Shown here piece by piece: positions 31,215-40,849 of a DNA stretch of 64,000 nt. A program made the translations under genes and the position numbers. A model generated the notes under the pieces. The model was given only the letters and a program-made list of their open reading frames with translations, ran no database searches and was not told where the DNA came from. The DNA comes from Promethearchaeati archaeon SRVP18_Atabeyarchaeia-1 (GTDB taxonomy: Archaea > Asgardarchaeota > Atabeyarchaeia > Atabeyarchaeales > Atabeyarchaeaceae): contig CP147779.1 of the NCBI GenBank assembly GCA_037308085.1, positions 2,240,001 through 2,304,000 of the forward strand. Reading direction: 5' to 3'. The stretch's first letter is position 1, and each line of letters starts with the position of its first letter.

Positions 31215-32072
31215 TCAGAGCATTGCCGCCAATGCGATATATATGATTAGGGGTATTAGACCAAGCCCAATAGCTAGCGGAAGACCTGCGATTTGCCCAG
31301 ATTCCCCTGCGCGCCACGATCCGACGAAGAATCCGAGCACAACTAGAAACAGGGAAGCAAGAGATGCAACAAGCCCAAAGTTGGCGAAGCAATTGGCGAT
31401 TAGCATCGAGTAGCTCAGTAGATCCGCCAGGCCAATCGCCCAGTTCCGTCCCGCGTAAGACAGTTTCATAATCACCAGCTGGTCATAATCTTCAAGAGTC
31501 TTCTTCGTTTTCTCCACCGTATGCCTTCGCATCAACAGAGCGTCAAGCGCAGCCATCAGCAACAGTACAAAGAGCAGTGCAAGAGGAGGTATAAGTGCGC
31601 CCGCGAAGGCACCAAGTACACCGCTGCAGACCGCGAACATTGCATTTCTAACTCTCCTCGAGAGGACATCGAATATCGCCATCACCCCGAGGAATGAAGC
31701 AACGTAAGCAACAAGGCTTACGATTACGAAGATCGCTGACGACGAAGCACCATACATATTGAGGAAAAACTTCACGTACAGCAGTATCGTCATAATTGCA
31801 GAGAAGATGAAGATGGACACGGCAACCCTAACGCCCACGGTTATCGAACCTTTCAAAACAACGTAAAAGACCACAACGGCTATCACGAGACCTAATCCGA
31901 CAACCAGGAGATTGGGGATGAACTGCTGACCTGGATTGAAGGGGCCCATCGACACAGTGGAAGCAAGTTGCATCACAGCTGCGAGAAACGCCATGACGAG
32001 TGTTATCAGCATGACCGTAAGTATCGGGGCAATAGCCCCATAGCGCCTTTCACGTTCAGGCAACAAAACCAC
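31215..32072 (-). CDS. presenilin/SPP (A22) family intramembrane aspartyl protease homolog with variant motifs
   Basis: About 9 TM; AALD(177) for YD, IGLAD(217)LLSYSML for GLGDFIFYSVL, IAGLPLAIGLG for LPALPISITFG. Confidence 0.75.
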   Translation of the reverse strand: MVLLPERERRYGAIAPILTVMLITLVMAFLAAVMQLASTVSMGPFNPGQQFIPNLLVVGLGLVIAVVVFYVVLKGSITVGVRVAVSIFIFSAIMTILLYVKFFLNMYGASSSAIFVIVSLVAYVASFLGVMAIFDVLSRRVRNAMFAVCSGVLGAFAGALIPPLALLFVLLLMAALDALLMRRHTVEKTKKTLEDYDQLVIMKLSYAGRNWAIGLADLLSYSMLIANCFANFGLVASLASLFLVVLGFFVGSWRAGESGQIAGLPLAIGLGLIPLIIYIALAAML

Positions 32073-32217
32073 ATCCTAGCACATCATGCTCTATGAGTTC
32101 CAGGTTTTTTTCTCCCCGTACAAGGTCGAGATCCATCCTTGGACAAGCCAGACCGGATCACATAGCCCTATGGAACACGAACCACCGCGATCCGATCGCA
32201 ATGCAACTTCATATACA

Positions 32218-32568
32218 TCACAATGACAACAAGTAACTGAAGAGTATCAGGAACGCCGAATAGAATATCAAGAGTCTAGCTCTTCCCTCAGCCTCACGCG
32301 CCCTCTTCGTTGAATAGGAGGGTCCGTGGAATGCCTTCTCCGAGACCTTGGTGGCCGAAGGACCAGCGCCAAGCACAAAGAGGCCACCCATGGCTAACCC
32401 AACCCCACCTTCAAGTAATGTGATCTCGGATACAAGGGCAAGGACAATCACTGCATCGTTCACAAGGTACGATATGATGAGTATGTTGACCAAGATCAGA
32501 ATATTGCATAAAAGCAGTGCCTCCAGTGTCTTTATCAGCAGCTCCTTCGCAATTCGGCGCCGATCCAT
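32218..32568 (-). CDS. small hypothetical membrane protein (about 3 TM)
   Basis: 116 aa hydrophobic ORF with GGTGAGG SD. Confidence 0.7.
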   Translation of the reverse strand: MDRRRIAKELLIKTLEALLLCNILILVNILIISYLVNDAVIVLALVSEITLLEGGVGLAMGGLFVLGAGPSATKVSEKAFHGPSYSTKRAREAEGRARLLIFYSAFLILFSYLLSL

Positions 32569-32730
32569 GAAGCCCTCACCTACTCAAGTCGTCCCTCACG
32601 GTGCACGAAACGCAAGTCCTTGCGTTACCACAAAAGCAGCCCTTCGATCATGACAAGAAACTGCAACCGCATTTCACGCAAAAAAAAAGGGGGGAGTTGT
32701 GTTACGGAGTCTAACCTCACCGTTTCCAGT

Positions 32731-34779
32731 CTACAACTTGCGGGGTCTGAAGACGTAGAACCCAGCAACGACCACGATGACAGCCAACTCAACAACAGCG
32801 ATCAATAGACCATATGAGTCCCAGAATGTCGCAGCAGGTGGTGGTACGAACGAGTATCCGGCCTGCTCAAACTCAGCCTTAGCCAGAAGCAGAGCTACCG
32901 AATACGTGTAGTTGCGCGGTATGATGGTAAAGTCGAAGCCATATGTCACTTTCGTGATAGGTGTCGTGATTCCATAGCCGCCGTAGCCTTGCAGAATGTT
33001 CTTGATTATCTGGTCCTTGGGGATCAAGTACTCGATCGCGTGTCTAACATGGTAGGCTGCTGCCTTTGCTTGGGAGGCATCTGACTGACCCAGAGGCGTT
33101 CCTAGACCTGTGCCCCAGATCGGGTTACGCAGGTTGAATCCCATCTCCTGGACACCATAGGCATCATAGGATACCCAGCTTGCCCAAGAGGGGTTCAGCG
33201 AACCCAAAGAGGTCTCAAGGTGGTATTGACTATCAAGCACCTGAACGTTGCCAGCCTCCAGAGCCGATATCGCAGCGGTAATGCCGTTAATGTACACGCA
33301 GTAGTAGTCAGTTATCCTGTAGACGCCCGCAGCTTCAAGCTCTGAAAGTCTAAAGTAGTTGTTGAACTTCTCCAGGTGTGATGTGAATGTGCTTGGGTTG
33401 TAGTCGACCCACTGGTATGGGCCATAACCAAAGGGCCCAACGGCTCCAGTGACAAGCGTTCCGTCCTTCTGGTAGTACGCGTATGTGTCTGTCGTGCCTG
33501 TGTTAAAGGATGTTCCCTGCAAAACAGGTGCATTGGATGGGTTCCAAGTGCTGTAGTCTGGGAAGGTGCTAGCGTTCACGAGCACTGACGCTGGATAGAA
33601 CGATCCTCCAAGGTCATTCCTCGTGAATGCCCAAGCGGCTTGCTCGTCGGCATGGACCTCATAGTAGTTCAGTGGCAGAGACGCTCCTGGGGTTCCCTGC
33701 TCGCCAGCCCAGTAGACACTGTGGTTTCCGTATCCAGCAGCAATGGCTGCAGGAATATTAGCACCACAAATGATCGAGCATATGTAGGAGTAAACGCCCG
33801 AGCCAGCAGATCCAGATGTAGGTGTCATCTGGTATCTCAAGCTGTAGACCCAGTCCCTACCATCGACTTCCTCACCATTTTGGAAGAGGATACCCGGTTT
33901 TATCCAGAAGGTCCAGTTCTTGCCGCCGTTTGTCGACGTGTAGTTTCCGTAAGCCATGTAGGGGTTCAGTGCGAATGACGTGTTGTACATAAACAAGCCT
34001 GCGCCGCCATTTTCACCCCAGATCGGTCCCATAGCAGTCAGGTCGTAGTATGATGTTGTGAGGTAGGGCACGAGACCCTCGCCCCCGCCAGGACCAAAGG
34101 CTCCTGTCTGCGCGATGGCGCAAGTCGTTGTGCCTAGAGTATCGTTCCACTGCTCAACGGCTGGCCATAGTGGGTAGTGCAAGTCATGGAATGGAGCTGA
34201 TTGGAAGCTTGGCTTGAACGCTACGATCTCCTTGGTGTACAAGAGGCAAACGCTCGGGAGCTGATCATAGCAGTAAGCCTCCCATTGATGGATGTAGTTT
34301 AGCTGCTTTGCTGTGTCGAGTTCATGGGTTATGTTGTAGGCCAAGGCATCGTTGTATGAGTCCTCCCAGAGGTAGTAGTTCTGGCCGGCTGGAGCCAACT
34401 GTGTACCGCTGAACAATCCGAAGCACCCAGTTGGTGTCGGACTCATGGCGTAGCCGATGAAGCCGATGTCGAATCCACCATCAGCCCAGCTATAGCCGAC
34501 GACTGATGGGTCAGGAGTCAACATCCTGCTGTAGGCAGTGTCCCATGGGACTATCTGCCTCACGGCAGTAATTCCGAACTGGGCGAAGGCGTTCGCGATC
34601 AGTAAGGCCCAAGCCTGCCTGTTAATGTTCGCGCCTGGAGTCAATAGGTTAACTGTTGGCCAAGCGGGGTATATCTGCCAAGTGGCAGCACCGCTGACTG
34701 GAGTATACAGAACGAATGGGGAAGCAATTCCGGCTATCATGATCGCTGTGAAGAACAAAGCGTAGAACTTCTTTTGCAG
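32731..34779 (-). CDS. peptide ABC transporter substrate-binding protein, family 5 (probable CTG start at 34779; ORF track starts at 34758)
   Basis: Signal peptide, WTFWIKPGILFQNGEEV, GYGPY, VRHAIEYLI, C-terminal TM anchor; divergent from dppBCDF. Confidence 0.85.
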   Translation of the reverse strand: MQKKFYALFFTAIMIAGIASPFVLYTPVSGAATWQIYPAWPTVNLLTPGANINRQAWALLIANAFAQFGITAVRQIVPWDTAYSRMLTPDPSVVGYSWADGGFDIGFIGYAMSPTPTGCFGLFSGTQLAPAGQNYYLWEDSYNDALAYNITHELDTAKQLNYIHQWEAYCYDQLPSVCLLYTKEIVAFKPSFQSAPFHDLHYPLWPAVEQWNDTLGTTTCAIAQTGAFGPGGGEGLVPYLTTSYYDLTAMGPIWGENGGAGLFMYNTSFALNPYMAYGNYTSTNGGKNWTFWIKPGILFQNGEEVDGRDWVYSLRYQMTPTSGSAGSGVYSYICSIICGANIPAAIAAGYGNHSVYWAGEQGTPGASLPLNYYEVHADEQAAWAFTRNDLGGSFYPASVLVNASTFPDYSTWNPSNAPVLQGTSFNTGTTDTYAYYQKDGTLVTGAVGPFGYGPYQWVDYNPSTFTSHLEKFNNYFRLSELEAAGVYRITDYYCVYINGITAAISALEAGNVQVLDSQYHLETSLGSLNPSWASWVSYDAYGVQEMGFNLRNPIWGTGLGTPLGQSDASQAKAAAYHVRHAIEYLIPKDQIIKNILQGYGGYGITTPITKVTYGFDFTIIPRNYTYSVALLLAKAEFEQAGYSFVPPPAATFWDSYGLLIAVVELAVIVVVAGFYVFRPRKL

Positions 34780-34801
34780 TTTTAGTCCACTCCTCGTCTT
34801 T

Positions 34802-34817
34802 TCTCTCTCTCTCTCTC
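34802..34817. repeat. (TC)8 dinucleotide simple repeat in the leader of the SBP gene
   Basis: tctctctctctctctc seen directly. Confidence 0.9.
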
Positions 34818-34855
34818 CATATTCTATTACGGTTGACTGTTAGGTTACCATGTTT

Positions 34856-34870
34856 GGTTATATAACCTTT
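34856..34870 (-). promoter_or_regulatory. BRE/TATA promoter of the SBP gene
   Basis: Minus-strand AAAGGTTATATAACC, containing a 12-bp perfect palindrome. Confidence 0.55.
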
Positions 34871-35206
34871 GCGTGAAATCTGTGACCGGATCTTTGTCGC
34901 ATATCATCCTACGCTAAGGAGCAAACACTCAGTGAAACAGCTACCGACAGGTCACGCGCTGCGCGAAGTAGTGATGAACACGAAGCGAGAGACGCCCAGA
35001 GGAAACTAAACATTTAAATATGTCTTCCTGAAACTCATCATACCAATCATGCCTCACATGCCGTGAGGTATGTGCGCTCATCGAGTCTCTTCTCGCGCAA
35101 AGTCCGTGCCTCGCGCAGACGGAGTATCTAGCAATGTGATCGAGGAATGTTGCGCGGTAGGGACCGGTTGGGCGTTTAGGGCAAACTGGGTCGTGGTGAG
35201 AACCTC

Positions 35207-36181
35207 GTGAGGCTGTGGCAGTATATTGTCAGGCGGATACTCTACCTAATCCCGCTTTTCATAGGTATATCTATCGTAGTATTCATTCTGACAAGGCTCG
35301 CGGGTGACCCTGTTCAGCTAATGACACTGGGAAATCCCCGCATGACTGAAGAACAGAGGCAAATCATGAGGGCGTACTTCGGGCTTCTCGGCAATCCCTT
35401 GGACCAGTACATCCATTGGTTCGTCAACTTTGTCCAGCTTAACTTTGGCTATTCCTTCTGGAACCATGTTAGCGTAAACACCATCATAGGTTGGTATTCT
35501 TGGAACACCATTGAATTGCAGCTAATTGCGCTCCTGTTCTCAATGATGATCGCTATACCCATCGGGATTATGTCAGCGAGGAAGCAGTACTCCAAGACGG
35601 ACCAGGCTGTAACGACTACGGCGCTGCTGGGCGTCTCGGTTCCCGTGTTTGTTCTTGGCTTAGCAGGCATCATGCTATTCGCATTGACGCTCCGATGGCT
35701 ACCATGGGGCGGCGCCTTCACTGCAGCTCCAAATTCGCCGCTGTTTGGCAATATAGCAATCGACCATCTTATCCACTTAGTCATGCCAGCCTTGATCCTA
35801 ACTATGGCAGATCTCGCTACAATCGTCTTGCTTGTCAGATCATCCATGCTTGAAGTCCTGAGGCAGGACTACATAGTCGCCGCGCAGGCAAGCGGGCTGA
35901 GCGATAGGACTGTGATATACAAGCACGCCTTGCGCAATGTGATGATACCGGTTGTCACATACACCGGTTTGTACCTCGGAGGAATGCTAGCGGGCGCCCC
36001 GGTCACTGAAACCGTCTTCAACTGGCCGGGTCTAGGCAGGCTCTACGTTACGGCCGTCCAGAATCTCGACTTCCCGATAATCCAGGCAGTGACAATGATT
36101 ATTACGCTCATGGTCCTGTTTGCAAACCTTGCAACAGATATTCTTTATGCCTATATCGACCCAAGAATCAGGCTGGATTAG
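35207..36181 (+). CDS. dppB: peptide ABC transporter permease
   Basis: RSSMLEVLRQDY...KHALRN, ETVFNWPGLG, DPRIR. Confidence 0.92.
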   Translation: MRLWQYIVRRILYLIPLFIGISIVVFILTRLAGDPVQLMTLGNPRMTEEQRQIMRAYFGLLGNPLDQYIHWFVNFVQLNFGYSFWNHVSVNTIIGWYSWNTIELQLIALLFSMMIAIPIGIMSARKQYSKTDQAVTTTALLGVSVPVFVLGLAGIMLFALTLRWLPWGGAFTAAPNSPLFGNIAIDHLIHLVMPALILTMADLATIVLLVRSSMLEVLRQDYIVAAQASGLSDRTVIYKHALRNVMIPVVTYTGLYLGGMLAGAPVTETVFNWPGLGRLYVTAVQNLDFPIIQAVTMIITLMVLFANLATDILYAYIDPRIRLD

Positions 36182-36208
36182 TAGTCATGTTTCCTTGGAA
36201 TACTTGCA

Positions 36209-37213
36209 GTGAGGTCCCAGCACGGGCTATGGTTCGACCGCGTAACCAACTTAGAGGGAGAGATTGGAGAGTTGAGTGGTAAGAAACAATCGAGCGCTTC
36301 GCCGCAGAGCGCCAAGAAGAAAGCCAAAGCAGTCAGCATGTGGGGGCTTGCCTGGCAGAGGTTCAAGAGGAATAAGGTTGCGCTAGCTGGGCTGTTCGTA
36401 ATTGGCTACATATTCTTCATGGCAATCTTTGCAGATTTCATAGCACCCTATAAACCAAACGATGTCATAGACATTCTCATCTCAGGACAGAATGGAAAAG
36501 GTCCGACCTGGGCGCATCCCTTCGGAACGACTCTTGGGGGTCAGGATGTATTCAGCGTGATCGTGTACGGAGCAAGATCGGCCTTACTCATTGGCTTCGG
36601 TGCGGCAGCCATCGCGATAGGTGTTGGAGTGCTTATCGGAATTGTCTCTGCCTACTATGGAGGGTGGGTCGACGAACTCCTGATGCGATTCACTGAGATC
36701 TTCCTAGTCATGCCCTTCCTTCTGATCATAATGGTTCTGATGAACGTCTTCAACAAGCTCTTTCCTTCCGGCGTTCCAGTGATTGGTGGGATTGGCCTCA
36801 TCATACTAGTGATCGGCCTCTTCTCGTGGCCAGGAAACGCCAGGCTCATAAGGGGCGAGGTGCTGAGAGTAAGAGAATCAGAGTTCATCGCTGCCTCGAA
36901 GTGTCTGGGGGCCTCCGGCCGCCGCATACTATTTCGGCACATATTGCCCAACGTTCTCTACATAGTCCTCGTTTTGACTACGCTACAGATCGCTGGCGCC
37001 ATCCTGACAGAGGCTGCGCTGAGCTTTCTGGGCTTTGGGGATCCCAATTCGACAACTTGGGGACAGTTGCTTACTGGTGCGACCGATGACTTGACACGTG
37101 GGATATGGTGGACAACCGCCTTTCCAGGCTTGTTCCTTACGTTGCTAGTCTTGGGGTTCAACCTACTCGGAAACGGACTCAGAGATGCACTAGATCCCAG
37201 ACTAAGAGAGTAA
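36209..37213 (+). CDS. dppC: peptide ABC transporter permease (start possibly TTG 36272)
   Basis: HPFGT, RHILPN, EAALSFLGFG, GLRDALDPR. Confidence 0.92.
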   Translation: MRSQHGLWFDRVTNLEGEIGELSGKKQSSASPQSAKKKAKAVSMWGLAWQRFKRNKVALAGLFVIGYIFFMAIFADFIAPYKPNDVIDILISGQNGKGPTWAHPFGTTLGGQDVFSVIVYGARSALLIGFGAAAIAIGVGVLIGIVSAYYGGWVDELLMRFTEIFLVMPFLLIIMVLMNVFNKLFPSGVPVIGGIGLIILVIGLFSWPGNARLIRGEVLRVRESEFIAASKCLGASGRRILFRHILPNVLYIVLVLTTLQIAGAILTEAALSFLGFGDPNSTTWGQLLTGATDDLTRGIWWTTAFPGLFLTLLVLGFNLLGNGLRDALDPRLRE

Positions 37214-37265
37214 ACGATACAGTAGTTAGACGAGCGAACCTCAAACGTGGAGTGTAGAGTTAGTC

Positions 37266-38252
37266 ATGCTAATCCAAACCGACAACCTCAAGACATATTT
37301 CTACACCTGGGCAGGCGTTGTGAAAGCTGTAGATGGAATCACATTCAACATCGGCGAAAGTGAGACGCTAGGCTTTGTCGGCGAATCAGGCTCTGGGAAG
37401 ACAGTGACAGCGCTCTCCATCATGCAATTAGTTCCTAGACCTGGCAAGATTATTGGCGGGAGGATCGACTTCAAAGGAAAAAACCTGCTCGAATACAACG
37501 AACGCCAAATGCAGCGCATCCGAGGGAAGGAGATAGGCTACATATTTCAGGATCCATCTACGTCGCTAAACCCAGTTTTCTCCATCGCCAACCAATTCGT
37601 GGAAGTCATAGTGAAACACCAGCAAGTTAGCAAGAAGGAAGCACTGCATCGGGCAATTGAGCTGCTGAAACTCGTGGAGATACCTGACCCGGACAAAAGG
37701 ATCTGGAACTATCCACACCAGCTGAGCGGCGGTATGAAGCAGAGGGTTGCGGTTGCCAGGGCACTCTCATGCAATCCAAGCCTTCTTCTGGCGGACGAGC
37801 CCACGACCGCCCTCGACGTTACAATACAGGCACAGATACTGGATCTCATGAAGAGACTTCAGCAGAAGCTGGGAATGTCCATTCTTCTTATTACCCACGA
37901 CATGGGAGTTGTGGCTGAGACAACCAAGCGCATAGTTGTGCTCTACGCTGGGCGAGTCTGTGAGGCATCAGATACCGTATCAATATTCAAGAAGCCGATG
38001 CACCCATACACTGTGGCTTTGCTGACCTCCGTACCACACTTAGGTCTCAAGGTTGAGAAACTCGAAGCTATACCTGGAAACATACCGAATCTCATAGACC
38101 CACCGTCAGGCTGCAGATTCCACCCCAGATGTAAGTACGCTGTGCGCAAATGTTCTCAGGAGGTTCCTGAAGCGGTGGAGATCGAGAAGGGTCATTTCTC
38201 CGCGTGCCTGCGCGTCCAAGACAACGAGATTTCCTTGGAGAGCCCATTGTAG
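37266..38252 (+). CDS. dppD: peptide ABC transporter ATP-binding subunit
   Basis: GESGSGKT, LSGGMKQR, ADEPTTALD, GCRFHPRC. Confidence 0.95.
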   Translation: MLIQTDNLKTYFYTWAGVVKAVDGITFNIGESETLGFVGESGSGKTVTALSIMQLVPRPGKIIGGRIDFKGKNLLEYNERQMQRIRGKEIGYIFQDPSTSLNPVFSIANQFVEVIVKHQQVSKKEALHRAIELLKLVEIPDPDKRIWNYPHQLSGGMKQRVAVARALSCNPSLLLADEPTTALDVTIQAQILDLMKRLQQKLGMSILLITHDMGVVAETTKRIVVLYAGRVCEASDTVSIFKKPMHPYTVALLTSVPHLGLKVEKLEAIPGNIPNLIDPPSGCRFHPRCKYAVRKCSQEVPEAVEIEKGHFSACLRVQDNEISLESPL

Positions 38253-38264
38253 GAGGATGGAAAC

Positions 38265-39335
38265 GTGGTCTCACCAGTTGAGTCAACAGAAAAGTCGTCA
38301 GACATGTCCTCAGACAACGTGATACTGAATGTTACCAGTCTACTGAAGTACTATCCAGTCTGGTCGAGAGGCATAATCCTCAAGAGAAGAGTAGGGAATG
38401 TCCACGCTGTCGACAACGTCAGTTTCTCAGTGAAAAAGGGTGAGACATTCGGCCTCGTTGGCGAGAGCGGGTGCGGCAAGACCACGACCGCGAAACTTAT
38501 TCTCCATCTCGAATATCCGGACATGGGTGAGGTCTACTTCGAGGGGAAGAACGTAACCCAGACGATGCTTAAGGGAACTACGGCTGACAGATTAGCGCTG
38601 AGACGAAGAATGCAATACGTGTTCCAGAATCCCTATGCGTCCCTCGATCCTAGGATGACAGTGGCAGACATCATACTTGAACCCATGAGTATTCACCACC
38701 ATCTACCCATGGCAAAGTGGAAGGATAGATTATTCGAGCTAATTCACCTCGTCGGACTGGAAGACTACCACGTTGAGAGGTACCCACACGAGTTTAGTGG
38801 AGGCCAGAGACAGCGAATATGCATCGCTCGTGCACTAGCTGTCGAACCCGATCTCATTGTAACCGATGAACCCGTAGCTTCACTGGATGTCTCTATCAGG
38901 GCTCAAGTTCTCAATCTACTAGAAGACCTTCAGAACAAGTTTGGTCTCACTTATGTTTACATCTCGCACGACTTGAGCACCGTTCGACACGTCAGCGACA
39001 GAGTCGCGGTAATGTACCTTGGCAAGTTTGTTGAGCTTGCTGACGTCACCGCGCTTTACTCTGAGCCACTTCACCCATACACAGAAGCACTAATGTCAGC
39101 TATTCCGGTTCCAGATCCAACTGGCAAGAGTAAGGAGAAGCGAATAATCCTGCGTGGCGAGGTTCCAAGCCCGATAAACCCGCCTGTAGGATGCAGATTC
39201 CACCCGAGATGCAACTACGCGATGGACATCTGCAGGAAAGCTGAGCCCGCACTTGAAGAGGTGAAGACGGATCACTTCGTAGCATGCTTCTTGCACCACA
39301 AGACGAAGGCAAAACCGGTGATCTACGCCAAGTAG
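38265..39335 (+). CDS. dppF: peptide ABC transporter ATP-binding subunit
   Basis: GESGCGKT, FSGGQRQR, DEPVASLD, GCRFHPRC. Confidence 0.95.
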   Translation: MVSPVESTEKSSDMSSDNVILNVTSLLKYYPVWSRGIILKRRVGNVHAVDNVSFSVKKGETFGLVGESGCGKTTTAKLILHLEYPDMGEVYFEGKNVTQTMLKGTTADRLALRRRMQYVFQNPYASLDPRMTVADIILEPMSIHHHLPMAKWKDRLFELIHLVGLEDYHVERYPHEFSGGQRQRICIARALAVEPDLIVTDEPVASLDVSIRAQVLNLLEDLQNKFGLTYVYISHDLSTVRHVSDRVAVMYLGKFVELADVTALYSEPLHPYTEALMSAIPVPDPTGKSKEKRIILRGEVPSPINPPVGCRFHPRCNYAMDICRKAEPALEEVKTDHFVACFLHHKTKAKPVIYAK

Positions 39336-39549
39336 CTCTGCATCCCACTCCTTGTTTTGTTTCCTGGTTCAAGCCTCAGCAATTGAGGAACTGGCTGGTA
39401 CAGAATTCCTTGTACTTGCCCTGATCGGAATACGCACACTTCTTCCGGCTGCACCTGATAGGATTATCTTTATATGCCGTAGACCATCATGTTTCGTCTA
39501 CCTGAGTTGTTGCGTCTCTTGCAGCGGAAGATTCCCATTGGGACGGGGG

Positions 39550-40350
39550 ATGGCTCATCGATTGCCGGAGGTCCATGCAAGTCAACTCGCAGTGAGTTCT
39601 TCAGGCTTCTTTCCAACTTTAATCGTCTTTTGTCTGGTAATCATCATCCTAATGGCAATCTTCAGGGCTAGAACGGCGAGCAGAATTCGCCGATTGAGGC
39701 AAGCACGCTCTCCCAGTCAAAATAGCGCTTCCTCCGGCTTAGAGGCGACCAGAAGAAGCAGCGACGTACGCGCTTTCATCTATGCGCTCAGAAACCCAGA
39801 TTGGGAGGCAAGAAGTGCAGCTGCCTTGGCCTTGGGCATCTACGGCGATCAATCAGTGGTTCACGTCCTTGTCAACACGTTGCTCACAGACAAGAACGAG
39901 GCAGTTAGGGAGAACGCCGCTCAGTCGCTTAATCGCATCGACCCCGTAAATGCAGTTGACCCTCTAATCAAGGTGATCATGGAGTATGTGCGAGGTGCGG
40001 AAGAATGCACAAAGCTTGCTGTAACTTCGGCTCACATTCTTGGTGAGTCAAATAGCCCCAATGCCCTGAATTGCCTCAGAAATCTGCGCGAATTTCTCGA
40101 CAAGAAGGGTCTCCAACCAGAATCAGAGGGGGTTGCAGCCGCGGTCAACAAGATCCAATCAAGTACGCAAGTGGCTGGCAAGAAATGCTGTGTATGTAAT
40201 CTTCCCTTCAGGAAGGGTGACCGTGTGGTTCGCTGCCCCGCCTGTGGAAACGTCGCGCATAGGGGTCATATGCTTGAATGGCTACATGTGAGGGGTTCTT
40301 GCCCAGTTTGTCAAGCTAGGGTCCAAGCATCGGCACTCCAAGAATCATAG
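39550..40350 (+). CDS. TM + HEAT-repeat + RING-finger protein (ORF extends to 39352)
   Basis: TM FFPTLIVFCLVIIILMAIF; HEAT repeats ALRNPDWEARSAAALALG and TDKNEAVRENAAQSL; CCVC...CPACGNVAHRGHMLEWL...CPVC. Confidence 0.8.
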   Translation: MAHRLPEVHASQLAVSSSGFFPTLIVFCLVIIILMAIFRARTASRIRRLRQARSPSQNSASSGLEATRRSSDVRAFIYALRNPDWEARSAAALALGIYGDQSVVHVLVNTLLTDKNEAVRENAAQSLNRIDPVNAVDPLIKVIMEYVRGAEECTKLAVTSAHILGESNSPNALNCLRNLREFLDKKGLQPESEGVAAAVNKIQSSTQVAGKKCCVCNLPFRKGDRVVRCPACGNVAHRGHMLEWLHVRGSCPVCQARVQASALQES

Positions 40351-40478
40351 CAGGAAACGAAGATTGAGCACGAAGGCGCCTATCACACCTACGCCTATCC
40401 TGAACAAGGAGCCGACTTGCGACTGCACTGTGGGCGGTCATGCTTAGCGTATTCTTGATCAAGTGCCGATTAAGCTGC

Positions 40479-40727
40479 TTATTCGACGCGCAAGTCTTTG
40501 AGTACGATGTGTGTGTTCGTCTCTTCTATTCCTTTTATCGGGTCAAGCTTGTCCAGTACTATATCGTGGAGTTCCTCCATTCTGCTGGCTTCAACTTCCA
40601 GCAGGATGTCGTATTCCCCCGTTATTGTGGCAAACCTATGAACAAGTTTTATCCTCTCAATCTGGGATAGGACCGTCTTTAGCATTCTGGGCGTAACTTT
40701 GATGAGAATCACTGCGCGGATGGCCAT
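40479..40727 (-). CDS. stand-alone Lrp/AsnC ligand-binding (RAM) domain protein
   Basis: AVILIKV...ITGEYDILLEV...IKGIEETNTHIVL; AAGGAGG SD. Confidence 0.9.
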   Translation of the reverse strand: MAIRAVILIKVTPRMLKTVLSQIERIKLVHRFATITGEYDILLEVEASRMEELHDIVLDKLDPIKGIEETNTHIVLKDLRVE

Positions 40728-40849
40728 CCTGCACGAACCTCCTTTCATGGCTGCACATTCTTCTATTTGACCGTAATGGGGCCATGGTCTTTTATCCTAT
40801 TTCCATTAAATGTGGCACTAAGCCAGTCTGGTTAGTCTTTGTTTATCCT

